Positions 19,819 through 29,713 of a stretch of 64,000 bases of DNA are shown piece after piece; positions within the stretch are counted from its first letter, which is position 1, and every line of letters starts with the position of its first letter. This DNA comes from Candidatus Auribacterota bacterium (lineage in GTDB: Bacteria; Auribacterota; JAFGBW01): positions 2,140 through 66,139 of the forward strand of contig JAFGBW010000039.1 of the NCBI GenBank assembly GCA_016932965.1, written 5' to 3'. A model generated the notes under the pieces. That model did not search any database, had not been told where the DNA came from, and saw nothing but the letters and a program-made list of their open reading frames with translations. Both the position numbers and the translations under genes were made by a program.

Positions 19819-20451
19819 TTGAAAATCATGATGAAGGATGGTTTTTTTCAGGGTGAAATGATGAATAGAATCAGGAAAAGTTTTTTATATGGCTTTTTTT
19901 TATTGTTGCATCTTCCCGTAGTTGTATCCGCTGACTATGATTCCGGTTTGAAGGCATACAGCAACGGGGATTTTCAAAAAGCATTGAAGGAATGGAAACC
20001 GCTTGCCGAACAGGGTGATGCCCAGGCTCAGCACAATCTGGGGGTCATGTATGGGAAAGGCAAAGGGGTGCAGAAAAGTGATGCGGAAGCTTTCAAGTGG
20101 TTTTTAAAAGCTGCGGAACAGGGTTATGCCAAGGCCCAATCCAACCTGGGGGTTCTCTATGCCACCGGAGCAGGGGTTGAAAAGAATCTGGGGGAAGCGT
20201 TGAAATGGTACACCAAAGCCGCGGAACAGGGCGTGACTCAGGCCCAGTATAATTTGAGCGTGATGTATTTCAAGGGAGAGGGCATTAAACCTGATTTTGT
20301 GAATGCTCTGTTTTGGGTCATGTTGGCTGAAAGTGATTATGGGCCTGCCGTTGATTTGCGGAAGGAGATTCTGAAAAATGCTACCACAAATCAGATTGAG
20401 ACAGCCAAGCAGAGGGTGAAGGAATGGAACTCAAAAAAGAGTCTCGAGTAG
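19819..20451 (+). CDS. Secreted Sel1-repeat (TPR-like) protein
   Basis: Four tandem Sel1 units (AQHNLGVMYGKGKGVQKSDAEAFKWFLKAAEQGYAKAQSNLGVLYATGAGV...). The N-terminal hydrophobic signal-like segment is FLLLHLPVVVSA. Confidence 0.6.
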   Translation: MKIMMKDGFFQGEMMNRIRKSFLYGFFLLLHLPVVVSADYDSGLKAYSNGDFQKALKEWKPLAEQGDAQAQHNLGVMYGKGKGVQKSDAEAFKWFLKAAEQGYAKAQSNLGVLYATGAGVEKNLGEALKWYTKAAEQGVTQAQYNLSVMYFKGEGIKPDFVNALFWVMLAESDYGPAVDLRKEILKNATTNQIETAKQRVKEWNSKKSLE

Positions 20452-20515
20452 TCCGATGAATTTTTTCCGGGAGTTTCATGCGGGAAACGGGTTTGATCGA
20501 TGGGGAGAACTGTGA

Positions 20516-22363
20516 TCATTCGACAGTGACAGACTTGGCCAGGTTTCTCGGTTTGTCGATCTGGTTTCCTTTATGTTTCGCAAAATAATAGGCCAGCATT
20601 TGAAGGACGATGACATTCAGTATCGGGGACAATTCTTCGGCGGTCTCGGGAATATAGATCACTTCATGCGAAAAGGACTTGACTTGTTCATCACCTTCTG
20701 TGGCCAATGAAATGATGATGCCTTCTCTGGCCTCGACTTCTTTGATGTTTGAAATCATTTTTTCATAAGTTTTAGATGCGGTACAGATGCATATCACCGG
20801 CAAGGCCTTGTTGATGAGAGCAATGGGACCGTGCTTCATTTCCCCCGCGGCGTATCCTTCGGCATGCATGTATGAGATCTCTTTATTTTTGAGTGCTCCT
20901 TCCATGGCCACGGGAAAATTCAGATGCCTTCCCAGATACAATGCGCTTGTTGCGAGATGATATTTTAAGGCGCATGAACGGATATGCTTTTCCGCCTGCA
21001 GTACTTTTACCACTTTAGATGGGAGATGGAAAATTTCTTTTAAAAGAGGATTCTTTTGTTTCCTTTTAAATTCTTTTCTGATTTGCGCGATATGGATTGA
21101 GAGAAGCAACAGGGTGATCACCTGGCTTGTAAGCGCCTTAGTTGAAGCAACCCCGATTTCAGGACCGGCATGAGTGTAAACAACACCGTGACTTTCTCTG
21201 TCTATTGAGCTGTTCAGCACATTCACAACGGAAAGGACTGTTGATCCGTGTTTTTTTGCTTCTAGGATGCTGGCGAGTGTATCAGCCGTTTCACCGGATT
21301 GAGAGATTGCAATAACTAGATTGTTTTTATTGAGTTTCGGTTTTGCGTATCTGAATTCAGAAGAAAGCATGACCTCCACAGGGAGATCCATGAATTCCTC
21401 AAAATAATATTTTCCAATATAGCCCGCATGATAGGCCGTGCCGCAGCCGGTAATATATATCCGGTCAATGGAGCGGAAAAAATCATCCGGGATCTTTAGA
21501 TCATTGAAACACATTTGAAAAGCATTTCTGTTGTTTCCCAGCCGTAGCCGGATAATCCGTTTCAATATTTCCGGCTGTTCATGGATTTCTTTATGGGTAT
21601 AGGATTCATGACCGCCCAAGCCTATGGACAAATTCTTAATATTAAGGCGGGTCGTCCTGATTTTTTTGTTTCGGCCGGATGAGACATTGAATAATCGGGA
21701 AGATGTGCCGTTGAAAATAAGGACGTCGCCTTCATCAAGGTAGAGGACTTCACGGGTACGGGTTATGAAAGGGGACGCATCTGAAGCCAGAAAAACTTCG
21801 TTATCCTTGAACCCTGCAATAAGGGGAGACCCTTTTCGTGCGGCGTAGATGGTTCCTGGAGTGTCTTTAGCGATCATGGCAATAGCGAATGCTCCTTCCA
21901 GTCTGGAGAGTGTTTTCATGAAAGCGTTTTTCATAGACATACCCTGAGAGAGGTATCGCGCGATCAAATGAGGGATCACTTCAGTATCGGTTTCTGAGAT
22001 AAAATGAATGCCTGCGTTTTTCAGCTCATGGCGCAGAACATCATGATTTTCAATGATGCCGTTATGAACAATACAGATCTTTTTGTCTTGTGACAGATGG
22101 GGATGGGCGTTATTTTGTGTCGGTTTCCCATGGGTTGCCCAGCGCGTATGGGCTATACCGGTTTTGCCTTGAAGAGGCCCATTTGAAAGGGATTTTTCCA
22201 GCATGTGAAGCATCCCGCATTCCTTGCGGATCTCGATATCGCCGATCGGGTTGACGACGGCAATCCCTGCGGAATCATAGCCACGGTATTCAAGGAGCCT
22301 CAACCCGTTCATCAAAAAATCAACACAATCCTTTTTTCCTGAATAAGCCACAATCCCGCACAT
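20516..22363 (-). CDS. glmS: Glutamine--fructose-6-phosphate aminotransferase (isomerizing)
   Basis: MCGIVAYSG is an Ntn-amidotransferase N-terminus with Cys2. Two SIS domains follow. Size 615 aa. Confidence 0.9.
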   Translation of the reverse strand: MCGIVAYSGKKDCVDFLMNGLRLLEYRGYDSAGIAVVNPIGDIEIRKECGMLHMLEKSLSNGPLQGKTGIAHTRWATHGKPTQNNAHPHLSQDKKICIVHNGIIENHDVLRHELKNAGIHFISETDTEVIPHLIARYLSQGMSMKNAFMKTLSRLEGAFAIAMIAKDTPGTIYAARKGSPLIAGFKDNEVFLASDASPFITRTREVLYLDEGDVLIFNGTSSRLFNVSSGRNKKIRTTRLNIKNLSIGLGGHESYTHKEIHEQPEILKRIIRLRLGNNRNAFQMCFNDLKIPDDFFRSIDRIYITGCGTAYHAGYIGKYYFEEFMDLPVEVMLSSEFRYAKPKLNKNNLVIAISQSGETADTLASILEAKKHGSTVLSVVNVLNSSIDRESHGVVYTHAGPEIGVASTKALTSQVITLLLLSIHIAQIRKEFKRKQKNPLLKEIFHLPSKVVKVLQAEKHIRSCALKYHLATSALYLGRHLNFPVAMEGALKNKEISYMHAEGYAAGEMKHGPIALINKALPVICICTASKTYEKMISNIKEVEAREGIIISLATEGDEQVKSFSHEVIYIPETAEELSPILNVIVLQMLAYYFAKHKGNQIDKPRNLAKSVTVE

Positions 22364-22366
22364 GGG

Positions 22367-22921
22367 TTAATTTCCTTTTTTGTCTGGGGGCAGAAAATCT
22401 TGGATTTTGAAAAGAGACCGCATGGGAATGCCCAGTTTTTCAAAGGCTTCTTTTCCTCCCTGGCTGCGATCCACGATGCAGAGAACGACAGCCACTTTAA
22501 GCCCTGATGCCAGGGCTATTTCCGTCGCTTTTAAAGCGGAACCGCCTGTGGTGATCACATCATCCACGATCGTTACCAAGCTGCCTTCCGGAGGAGGATT
22601 TTCCATCTGACTGGTTGTTCCATGATCTTTTTTTTCTTTGCGGACCAGAAATCCCTGGATAGGTCTTTTTTTTAAGTGGGAGACTAAAGTGATGCTGCTG
22701 ACAATCGGGTCCGCTCCCAACGTCAAGCCGCCCACCGCGATGCAATCTTCAGGAATAAGCTCAAGTAAATTTTCCCCCACCAGATAGGAACCTTTTGCGC
22801 TTAATGTTACCGGCTTGCAATTGATGTAGTAAGAACTTTTTTGCCCGCTGGCTAAAGTAAAATCGCCGAATTTTAAGGCATGATTCAATAATTCCTGTTT
22901 TAATTCAGACAAAGAATCCAT
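22367..22921 (-). CDS. pyrE: Orotate phosphoribosyltransferase
   Basis: ALKFGDFTLASGQKSSYYIN plus the PRPP-binding VTIVDDVITTGGS motif. Size 184 aa. Confidence 0.85.
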   Translation of the reverse strand: MDSLSELKQELLNHALKFGDFTLASGQKSSYYINCKPVTLSAKGSYLVGENLLELIPEDCIAVGGLTLGADPIVSSITLVSHLKKRPIQGFLVRKEKKDHGTTSQMENPPPEGSLVTIVDDVITTGGSALKATEIALASGLKVAVVLCIVDRSQGGKEAFEKLGIPMRSLFKIQDFLPPDKKGN

Positions 22922-23249
22922 ACGCTGCTGTCCGGTATTTATTATCCTTGTTTATTTCATTATTCTTCGTTTTTAGAATCCAGAATTCAGGAGTCAATTT
23001 CGTTTTTGCCTCTGATTTCCATCCCTAGTAGAAGGGTGAAGCCCGTCATCTGTTACGGCCGTTTCATATCAACGGATTATATTTTTCATCTTCTAACACC
23101 GGTTATATGCATAAAAACATTTTTTAATCATATTCGCAGTATTGATGCTGAACGTCCATCTTTTTTTAAATTGCCAGTTTTTTCAATCATTAGTAATCTT
23201 GCCTCACCATTTTCTGGATTTAACAGATATCATATTTGAGAGTCATTTC

Positions 23250-23960
23250 ATGCCCCAGAGTAAACTTGGTTTAAAAGAGGCCGCTGAATATCTTGATCTT
23301 TCCGTCAAGGATCTTCAGTTTTTGGTGGAAAAGGGAAAGGTGCCTCATGAGATGGAACGAAACAAGTTCGTTTTCCGTAAAGGGGTATTGCGAGACTGGG
23401 CCAATCAATTCCTTTTTTCTGACACAACGAACCTGTCTGGGAAGAAGCATCACGGTTCTTTCAAATTATGGTCTAAGGCGAATCTCATTGAAAAAAAACT
23501 CGGAGACTGGCTGTTGAATGAATCGATGGAGCCTTTTTTACCGGCCAGGACCAAACCTAGCGTTTTAAGAGAATTAGTGAATGTGGCGGCAAAAACGGGC
23601 ATGCTTTCAGATCCGACCAAATTGTTGGGGTTGTTGAGAAACCGCGAAGAATTAGGACCGACAGGATTGAAAAACGGCATAGCCATTCCTCATCCCAGGA
23701 TTCATACACCGGACTTGTGTTATGAATCTTTCATGGTTATTGCAAAAGTTCCCGGCGGGATCCCTTTCGGATCCCTGGACGGAGAAAACAGCGATCTTTT
23801 TTTTATGCCCTGTGCTCAAACTGAGGAAGATCATATCTTCATGCTGGGACGTCTGACTTCCATGATAAAAAAGACGGATCTCTGTCAGTCTTTGAGAGAC
23901 GCAAAAGACGCGGAAGAAATGATATCGTATTTTCAAGCTTGCGAAGAGAAACTCATTTGA
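23250..23960 (+). CDS. HTH (excisionase/MerR-like) DNA-binding domain fused to a PTS EIIA(Ntr/fructose-type) domain
   Basis: N-terminus LKEAAEYLDLSVKDLQFLVEKGKVPHEMERNKFVF is HTH-like. The C-terminal EIIA-2 domain carries the phosphorylatable His in GIAIPHPRIH. The ORF track start at 23142 looks like a spurious extension; the start is taken at MPQSKL. Confidence 0.6.
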   Translation: MPQSKLGLKEAAEYLDLSVKDLQFLVEKGKVPHEMERNKFVFRKGVLRDWANQFLFSDTTNLSGKKHHGSFKLWSKANLIEKKLGDWLLNESMEPFLPARTKPSVLRELVNVAAKTGMLSDPTKLLGLLRNREELGPTGLKNGIAIPHPRIHTPDLCYESFMVIAKVPGGIPFGSLDGENSDLFFMPCAQTEEDHIFMLGRLTSMIKKTDLCQSLRDAKDAEEMISYFQACEEKLI

Positions 23961-24035
23961 GTCTCGTCCAGATAAAACGAAATAGCCCCTTAAATTTTAT
24001 TTTGCTTTCAATGAGATTCGTTTTAATATGGGGCC

Positions 24036-26147
24036 ATGACTACTCCTTCCGCAACAGAGCTGAAAGCTTTGAAACAAGGAATTGTGCGCAGGATTTCTCT
24101 GGGATTGAATTTGCTGACGCTTTATCCTCCGATCCATCCGGAAGTAAAAGCTGGAATTCATAATCTGATGCTGCATTTGGAGCCGTTTTTTTCCATTGAA
24201 AAGGAACTTTGGATTGGGATCGAGCCGAAAGGATGGGTGATCCAGGGAGTGGATCTTTCCAAGGAAAATATACAATTCGGTGCCACTGCCCGCGAGCTTC
24301 ACCGACGCGGCGTGTCAGCCTTTGTTGTTTATCCTGGTGTGACGGAAGTCACGCTTTTAAATTTTTTTCGGATTGCTGCATTGCCGGTGGCTGAAGTCGA
24401 ATCCAGAGGTGGGCTTATCAAGATTGCCTCGGAGTTTTCGCTCCCTTTCATCAATTTATTCGCTTTGGATTATGAAAAATTATTTTCTGAAGAATCTTCA
24501 ACGGAAGATGATCAGCTATTTGAGGAAAATAAGTGGAAGAATCTGATAGATCGTTTTATTACTGCCGGGGGAAATATTCTTTCAAGCGAATCCACGGGCC
24601 CTCGCTTCCAAACGGCGGAGGAACTGGCGCTCTTACTCAATCGGATTTATAAAAAAGGGGGGCTTGAAGAAACGGAGAAGATGATCTCTTTTTTAAAATT
24701 CCTAGGTACAGCCTGTCTCACCGAAGGGAATCAAAAAAAACCCAAGATTGAAAAATTCTGTCAGTTGATCTCCCAGCTCAATCCCGATATCGTGAATAAA
24801 ACCGTTTCTTCTATCAACCGATCAGAAAAGCAGTTTGATCAGTTTGATGACAGGCTGCTTCAGACCTTTAATTTATTTTTAGATTCTTCTTCCAGGAAGG
24901 ATGAACAGCAGATTTTTGAAGATAACAAAGAGACTGAGTCCTCATTTCAAGAGGCTCATCTTCTTCATGATATTTTTCAGAAAAGGTCAAAGGGGATTGC
25001 TTTTTCTGAAGCTTATAAAGGCTCCATCACCCAGATGATTGAAAGGATGGAACCTCTTATAACCAGGGACGCTGACGCCCGTTCGGACCAGAAAAAGTAT
25101 GAATCAGAATTACAGCCCGTGATTCTGTCTCATCATGTTTTTCGGGTTATTCTGGACCTCCTTGAACTCGAAAATAATCCCGTTGATTATATGAAGTTGA
25201 TTTCCCGGCTGCCTCCTTATTTTGAAAGAGTATTTCAGTCAAGGAACCTGGATCTCATCTATGAAGCCTTTTCTTTTCTGGACAGGCACAGTGCGCTCAA
25301 GGAGGATGATTTGATCCGTTCCAGTGCTGATCAAACCTTGAATCTGGTCTTTTCCGGTGCCGTTGTATTGGAATTAACGGAAAAGTATCTTAAAGAAAAC
25401 AATAAGGAGTCTTTAATTCTTGAAAAACTTCTTTTGCGCCTCAATCGGTCCATGGTCATCACACAGATACGTCTTTTTGGGTCTACGTTGACGGATGAAG
25501 AGACAAAGGGCCGCCTTTTTTCGCTTCTTTCCAAGCTCATGTATTCAAATATTCCATTACTAGAGGCAGACATCAAAAATCCGGATTCGAATGTGGTCAA
25601 GGATGCGATTCGGATCATGCGTTGCATGCCGAATGAATCCTGTGCGGATATGCTTGCGTCTTTATTAAATCATGCAGAAGCGGAAATCAGACATCAGGCA
25701 TTGGACGCCTTGATGAATCATGGGACCCAGAGGAGCCTGGAATATCTTCTGCCTTTGCTGAAATTATCCAATAAGGATTTGTTTTCGAAAGCCGTTAAAT
25801 CGATAGCCTGTTATGCCAAGATGCCTATCCTGCAGAAAGTGAAATCATTTTTGATTTCCCAGGATATGTTCGAACGTAATTATGACAAAAAAATGGACAT
25901 CATCGCTGCGTTGGGGGATCAGAGAAATATCCATGCAGTGGCGTTGTTGACGGACGTGTTTAATCATACCCCTTTTTTCCGGGAGAAAAAGAATACAGCC
26001 TTTTGCGCAGCGATATTAAATGCTCTTGCCAAAATCGGAACCAATGACGCCTTGATAGCTCTGTCTTCCCTCAGCAAGAGTGGCAGCACAGTTCTTCAAT
26101 TAACGGGCAACATCCTTTTGGAGAACAGAAAGACCCCCTCCCCATGA
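24036..26147 (+). CDS. Hypothetical protein with C-terminal HEAT/PBS-lyase-like repeats
   Basis: 703 aa. The C-terminal third has repeated helical motifs (..AEAEIRHQALDALMNHGTQRSLEYLLPLL...). Its stop overlaps the start of the next gene by 4 bp. Confidence 0.5.
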   Translation: MTTPSATELKALKQGIVRRISLGLNLLTLYPPIHPEVKAGIHNLMLHLEPFFSIEKELWIGIEPKGWVIQGVDLSKENIQFGATARELHRRGVSAFVVYPGVTEVTLLNFFRIAALPVAEVESRGGLIKIASEFSLPFINLFALDYEKLFSEESSTEDDQLFEENKWKNLIDRFITAGGNILSSESTGPRFQTAEELALLLNRIYKKGGLEETEKMISFLKFLGTACLTEGNQKKPKIEKFCQLISQLNPDIVNKTVSSINRSEKQFDQFDDRLLQTFNLFLDSSSRKDEQQIFEDNKETESSFQEAHLLHDIFQKRSKGIAFSEAYKGSITQMIERMEPLITRDADARSDQKKYESELQPVILSHHVFRVILDLLELENNPVDYMKLISRLPPYFERVFQSRNLDLIYEAFSFLDRHSALKEDDLIRSSADQTLNLVFSGAVVLELTEKYLKENNKESLILEKLLLRLNRSMVITQIRLFGSTLTDEETKGRLFSLLSKLMYSNIPLLEADIKNPDSNVVKDAIRIMRCMPNESCADMLASLLNHAEAEIRHQALDALMNHGTQRSLEYLLPLLKLSNKDLFSKAVKSIACYAKMPILQKVKSFLISQDMFERNYDKKMDIIAALGDQRNIHAVALLTDVFNHTPFFREKKNTAFCAAILNALAKIGTNDALIALSSLSKSGSTVLQLTGNILLENRKTPSP

Positions 26148-27517
26148 ATATAGAAACCAGTTTCACTCTATTTGAAAGATGCCTTCGCTGCATGAGCGGT
26201 TTGCTCCAGGATATGAAATTTTATCCGGACAATCACCCTACGATCAGGAAAAATACCGGTTTACTCATGGAACAGCTGTTTCAATATTTTAAGCTTAAAG
26301 ATGAACTGCAATTCACCGTGATTGAGAATGAGATCATTTATGAAAATAAACCGCGGGTTGAACTCAGCGAATCCCTTTCCCTTTTCATCTCATGCATTTC
26401 CGGTAAAAAGATATCCCGGATTACTTTTCTCAAGACCTTGCCTGAAAGGGAATTGGCAGAATTCTGTAAGATATTATTGGGCACGGATCGGTTCCCCAAG
26501 CATGGTATTTCCTGGAATCATTATTTAAAGAGTGAAGGAATACATCATATATCATGCGATTTTTTATCGGTGGGAGTCCAGGAGGCGACAGAGCTAGAAC
26601 AAACAACTGGTCCGATACCTGAGGATATTTTTCAGCAGGGTCTGGAGAAATTAAATGAATTAAATGAGGCCATGCTGAGCGGCAAGAAGATGGATTATGA
26701 TTATCTGTTCCACATAGTCAATTATCTGACACCTCAGGTGTTGAATCATTATGAGGAACTGATCTATCTCGGAACTGTCAAGGCGCACAACGAATACACC
26801 ATGGAACACATGATGAACGTGGCGATTTTAACGGCTTTGCTTGGAGCCGCTTTGGGGCTTTCACGGGCCGTCCTGGATGAATTGTGCGTGGCTGCCCTCC
26901 TTCATGATATCGGAAAAACAGCTATTCCAACTGTCATCATCGATAAGCCGGAAAAATTGACAGAAGAGGAATGGAAGGTCATGCAAACGCATTCCTTTGA
27001 GGGGGCAAAAAAGATTTTTCTTGAGGGACGTTTTCCGGAGATGGCCACAATTGTGGCGCTGGAACATCATTTGAATTATGATGGAAGCGGATACCCTAGT
27101 TTGTATCGGGAACGTCCATTGAGCCTTGCTTCCAGAATTGTTACCATTACGGACTTCTACGATGCCTTGCGCGGAACAAGGGTTTATTGCGGTGAAATGC
27201 CTCCTGAAGAAGTGTACCGTATGATGCAGGATTTGAAAGGAAAAAAGTTCGATCCCCAGCTGCTGGATATTTTTTTTCAGACAATAGGCGTGTATCCGCC
27301 GGGCATTGAAGTGGAATTGAATACAAAAGAGATAGCCATCGTTGTGAAGGCGGACCGAAATGATATTTTTCGTCCCATTGTGAAAATCATAACGGATAAA
27401 GCAGGCAGCCAAGTGCCCGCTCCTTTTTCAGTTGCCTTGACGGAGCGGGATGAAAAAGATTTCATCCGTTCCATTGTCAGATCCATACCTCCAATCCAAA
27501 CCGCTGATAAGAAATGA
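26144..27517 (+). CDS. HD-GYP domain protein (predicted c-di-GMP phosphodiesterase/receptor)
   Basis: HDIGKTAIP (HD) ... HHLNYDGSGYP (GYP motif). Coupled to the HEAT-repeat gene by an ATGA overlap. Confidence 0.7.
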   Translation: MNIETSFTLFERCLRCMSGLLQDMKFYPDNHPTIRKNTGLLMEQLFQYFKLKDELQFTVIENEIIYENKPRVELSESLSLFISCISGKKISRITFLKTLPERELAEFCKILLGTDRFPKHGISWNHYLKSEGIHHISCDFLSVGVQEATELEQTTGPIPEDIFQQGLEKLNELNEAMLSGKKMDYDYLFHIVNYLTPQVLNHYEELIYLGTVKAHNEYTMEHMMNVAILTALLGAALGLSRAVLDELCVAALLHDIGKTAIPTVIIDKPEKLTEEEWKVMQTHSFEGAKKIFLEGRFPEMATIVALEHHLNYDGSGYPSLYRERPLSLASRIVTITDFYDALRGTRVYCGEMPPEEVYRMMQDLKGKKFDPQLLDIFFQTIGVYPPGIEVELNTKEIAIVVKADRNDIFRPIVKIITDKAGSQVPAPFSVALTERDEKDFIRSIVRSIPPIQTADKK

Positions 27518-27631
27518 ATCCCGGTGCTCCATTCCCCCTTTGCTTACTGCGGGAAAATGACCCAAGAATAATGGCGAAGCATCCTGACAGACGAAAATCC
27601 TAAAAAGTCAGATTTTTGGAAACTTCCGATA

Positions 27632-29713
27632 TTATTTTCTCAAGCGGGAGATGATCAGCATTTCCAAAATGAACATGACAACGACCATCCATAACAAAGC
27701 CTGCCAGAGATTAAAAAATCCGCTGTGCTGTTTCAAAAACAGATCCATGTCTTCGTTTGTACTGCCGATAAAAAGTGGAGGAGACGCCACCGGGAGCCAT
27801 GTCTGTTTGGGAAGGTAGGTTAGCTGCGATTCGGAAGGGATCGTATTGACGACAAATTGCCTGACGGTTTTCTGCTCCTTGATGATTTTATACATTCCGG
27901 GTTTTTCAGCGTAAAAAAACAGATGATCCGCATCCTTTTTATGCAGGACGGTTTTTCGCATGTCCGGATCAAGACATGTCAGGATATCCGTACCTTCTTT
28001 TGAATCAAAAAAAATACGGTCTCCAATCCGTGAATAAATTTTTCTTCTTTTACCTTGAGTTAGAAAATCAGCCATGCGGTGGATCAACGGTACAAAAACG
28101 GGTTCCAGCACAAGAGACGTCCCTTGAGGTGAGGGATCGGTCAAAAACCACGCTGCGAACCCTGATCCTATTTTTCTGATCATGAGGAAAGGTTCATTTT
28201 CTTCATTTTGGATCCATATCTGATTCGATCCGGAAATTTCTTTCGTGTCGATTTCCAGCATTCTTGAATAATAGGCGGACCGCCAGTAGAGGGGATCGGA
28301 CAAGGCATCTAGAAAGCGTTCTCCGTCTTTTGTCACAATCAGGCGAGGCTTTTCTTCAGATGCTTTCACCCGGAGGAGCTTGACTGCGAAAGCCCCGTCT
28401 TTTTTATGCCAGAGTGCATTGATGGATTCCAAAGGAGTGGACAATCCGAAACCGGCCAAAAGGCCGCCGCCTGATCTGACAAATTCCTCCAAAAGATGGG
28501 TTTGTCCTTGCGACAAGGTGCCGGCGTCCGGAAGGATGATCAGATCGTGATTGGAGAGATGGGAAATCTCTTCCAGGGAGGAGGCTGTTTTGACGATGAA
28601 AGAAGTTTTTCCTTTTCCGTCTTCAGATGCAAAAGGATCCAGAGCCCTTTCAAGATAAAAAGCTTTATTTTCGTCTGCGGACTGAAGAATCAGAATTCGT
28701 ATCAGCGGAGGCCCCTTAAATAATCCGTAACAGGAATTGTCTTCTTTGAACTGATCGCCTGACAGGACAGCGTTTATTAAAGTATCTTCGTTTTGATTCC
28801 GCGGGATCAACAAGGTTTGAGTGATAACGCTGCCTTCTTTTACTTTTAAAGGCATTTCCTTCAGAGGCAATCCGTTCAAACTGACCCTAAGCAGTGCGGG
28901 AGAATGGGGTCCGCCGCTGACAGCGATTTTGATTTCCACGGGAACGGTTTCCTTTTCCAGATAGGAGACAAAAGGGATTTGGATATCTTCGAAGTAGAAA
29001 TTATTCACTGAAACACCGCTTGTATTTTCGGGGAAAAATAGAAGTGTGGGGATAGGATTTTTTATGTTGGATAGATGATCCAGTAAAGGTTGGGCGCTGC
29101 TTTCCTGGAAATCCGAAAAAACAGCAATGGCTTTTTCTCTCGAGGCGATTCTTTCCAATAAAGATTGGGCCCTTTGATAGGTTTGAAGCAAGTCGGACTT
29201 GCCGTATCCGCATTTCAAGGTCTGTTGAATCCGGGTGATGTTTTCCGAATTCATCCTTTCGAAATGGTTGCCTAGTATGGATGAGGCTGCATCCGTGCTC
29301 AAGATGGTCACCCGATCCCTTTCCCCAACTTTTTCCAGAAAATGAATGGCCTTTGCAGACATTTCTTCGAATAAGGTAGTATTGTTTTTACCGGCTTTCA
29401 TACTGAGTGAATGATCCAGGATGAGGATATAATCCGTCACTCCTGACGAAAGAAATGCCCATTTGGATGGAATCCGAATCACAGGCTTGGTAGAAGCCAG
29501 AGCGAGAAAAAGCACGATCAGTATCCGGACCAGAAGGAGAAGCAATTGGCTGAATTTGATCTGCTGATGTCGTTTACGGATTGTTTCCTTGAAAAGGAAA
29601 ATAGCGGGGAAATAAAACGATTTGGTTTTTGCCCTGATTAGAAAATGAATCAAAACAGGAAGTGCGACTGCAAACAGGGCCGGAAACATTTGAGGGGCCT
29701 GAAATTCGATCAT
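27632..29713 (-). CDS. BatA-like membrane-anchored von Willebrand factor A (VWA) domain protein
   Basis: N-terminus FPALFAVALPVLIHFLIRAKTKSFYFPAIFLF is the BatA_N double-TM motif. ILILDHSLSM is the MIDAS start of a VWA domain. Size 693 aa. Confidence 0.6.
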   Translation of the reverse strand: MIEFQAPQMFPALFAVALPVLIHFLIRAKTKSFYFPAIFLFKETIRKRHQQIKFSQLLLLLVRILIVLFLALASTKPVIRIPSKWAFLSSGVTDYILILDHSLSMKAGKNNTTLFEEMSAKAIHFLEKVGERDRVTILSTDAASSILGNHFERMNSENITRIQQTLKCGYGKSDLLQTYQRAQSLLERIASREKAIAVFSDFQESSAQPLLDHLSNIKNPIPTLLFFPENTSGVSVNNFYFEDIQIPFVSYLEKETVPVEIKIAVSGGPHSPALLRVSLNGLPLKEMPLKVKEGSVITQTLLIPRNQNEDTLINAVLSGDQFKEDNSCYGLFKGPPLIRILILQSADENKAFYLERALDPFASEDGKGKTSFIVKTASSLEEISHLSNHDLIILPDAGTLSQGQTHLLEEFVRSGGGLLAGFGLSTPLESINALWHKKDGAFAVKLLRVKASEEKPRLIVTKDGERFLDALSDPLYWRSAYYSRMLEIDTKEISGSNQIWIQNEENEPFLMIRKIGSGFAAWFLTDPSPQGTSLVLEPVFVPLIHRMADFLTQGKRRKIYSRIGDRIFFDSKEGTDILTCLDPDMRKTVLHKKDADHLFFYAEKPGMYKIIKEQKTVRQFVVNTIPSESQLTYLPKQTWLPVASPPLFIGSTNEDMDLFLKQHSGFFNLWQALLWMVVVMFILEMLIISRLRK

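Noticed and set aside
23142-23249. An upstream extension of the HTH-EIIA gene (MMLNVHLFLNCQFFQ...).
   Set aside because: It is hydrophobic and has no motifs. The HTH begins right after the internal Met at 23250.
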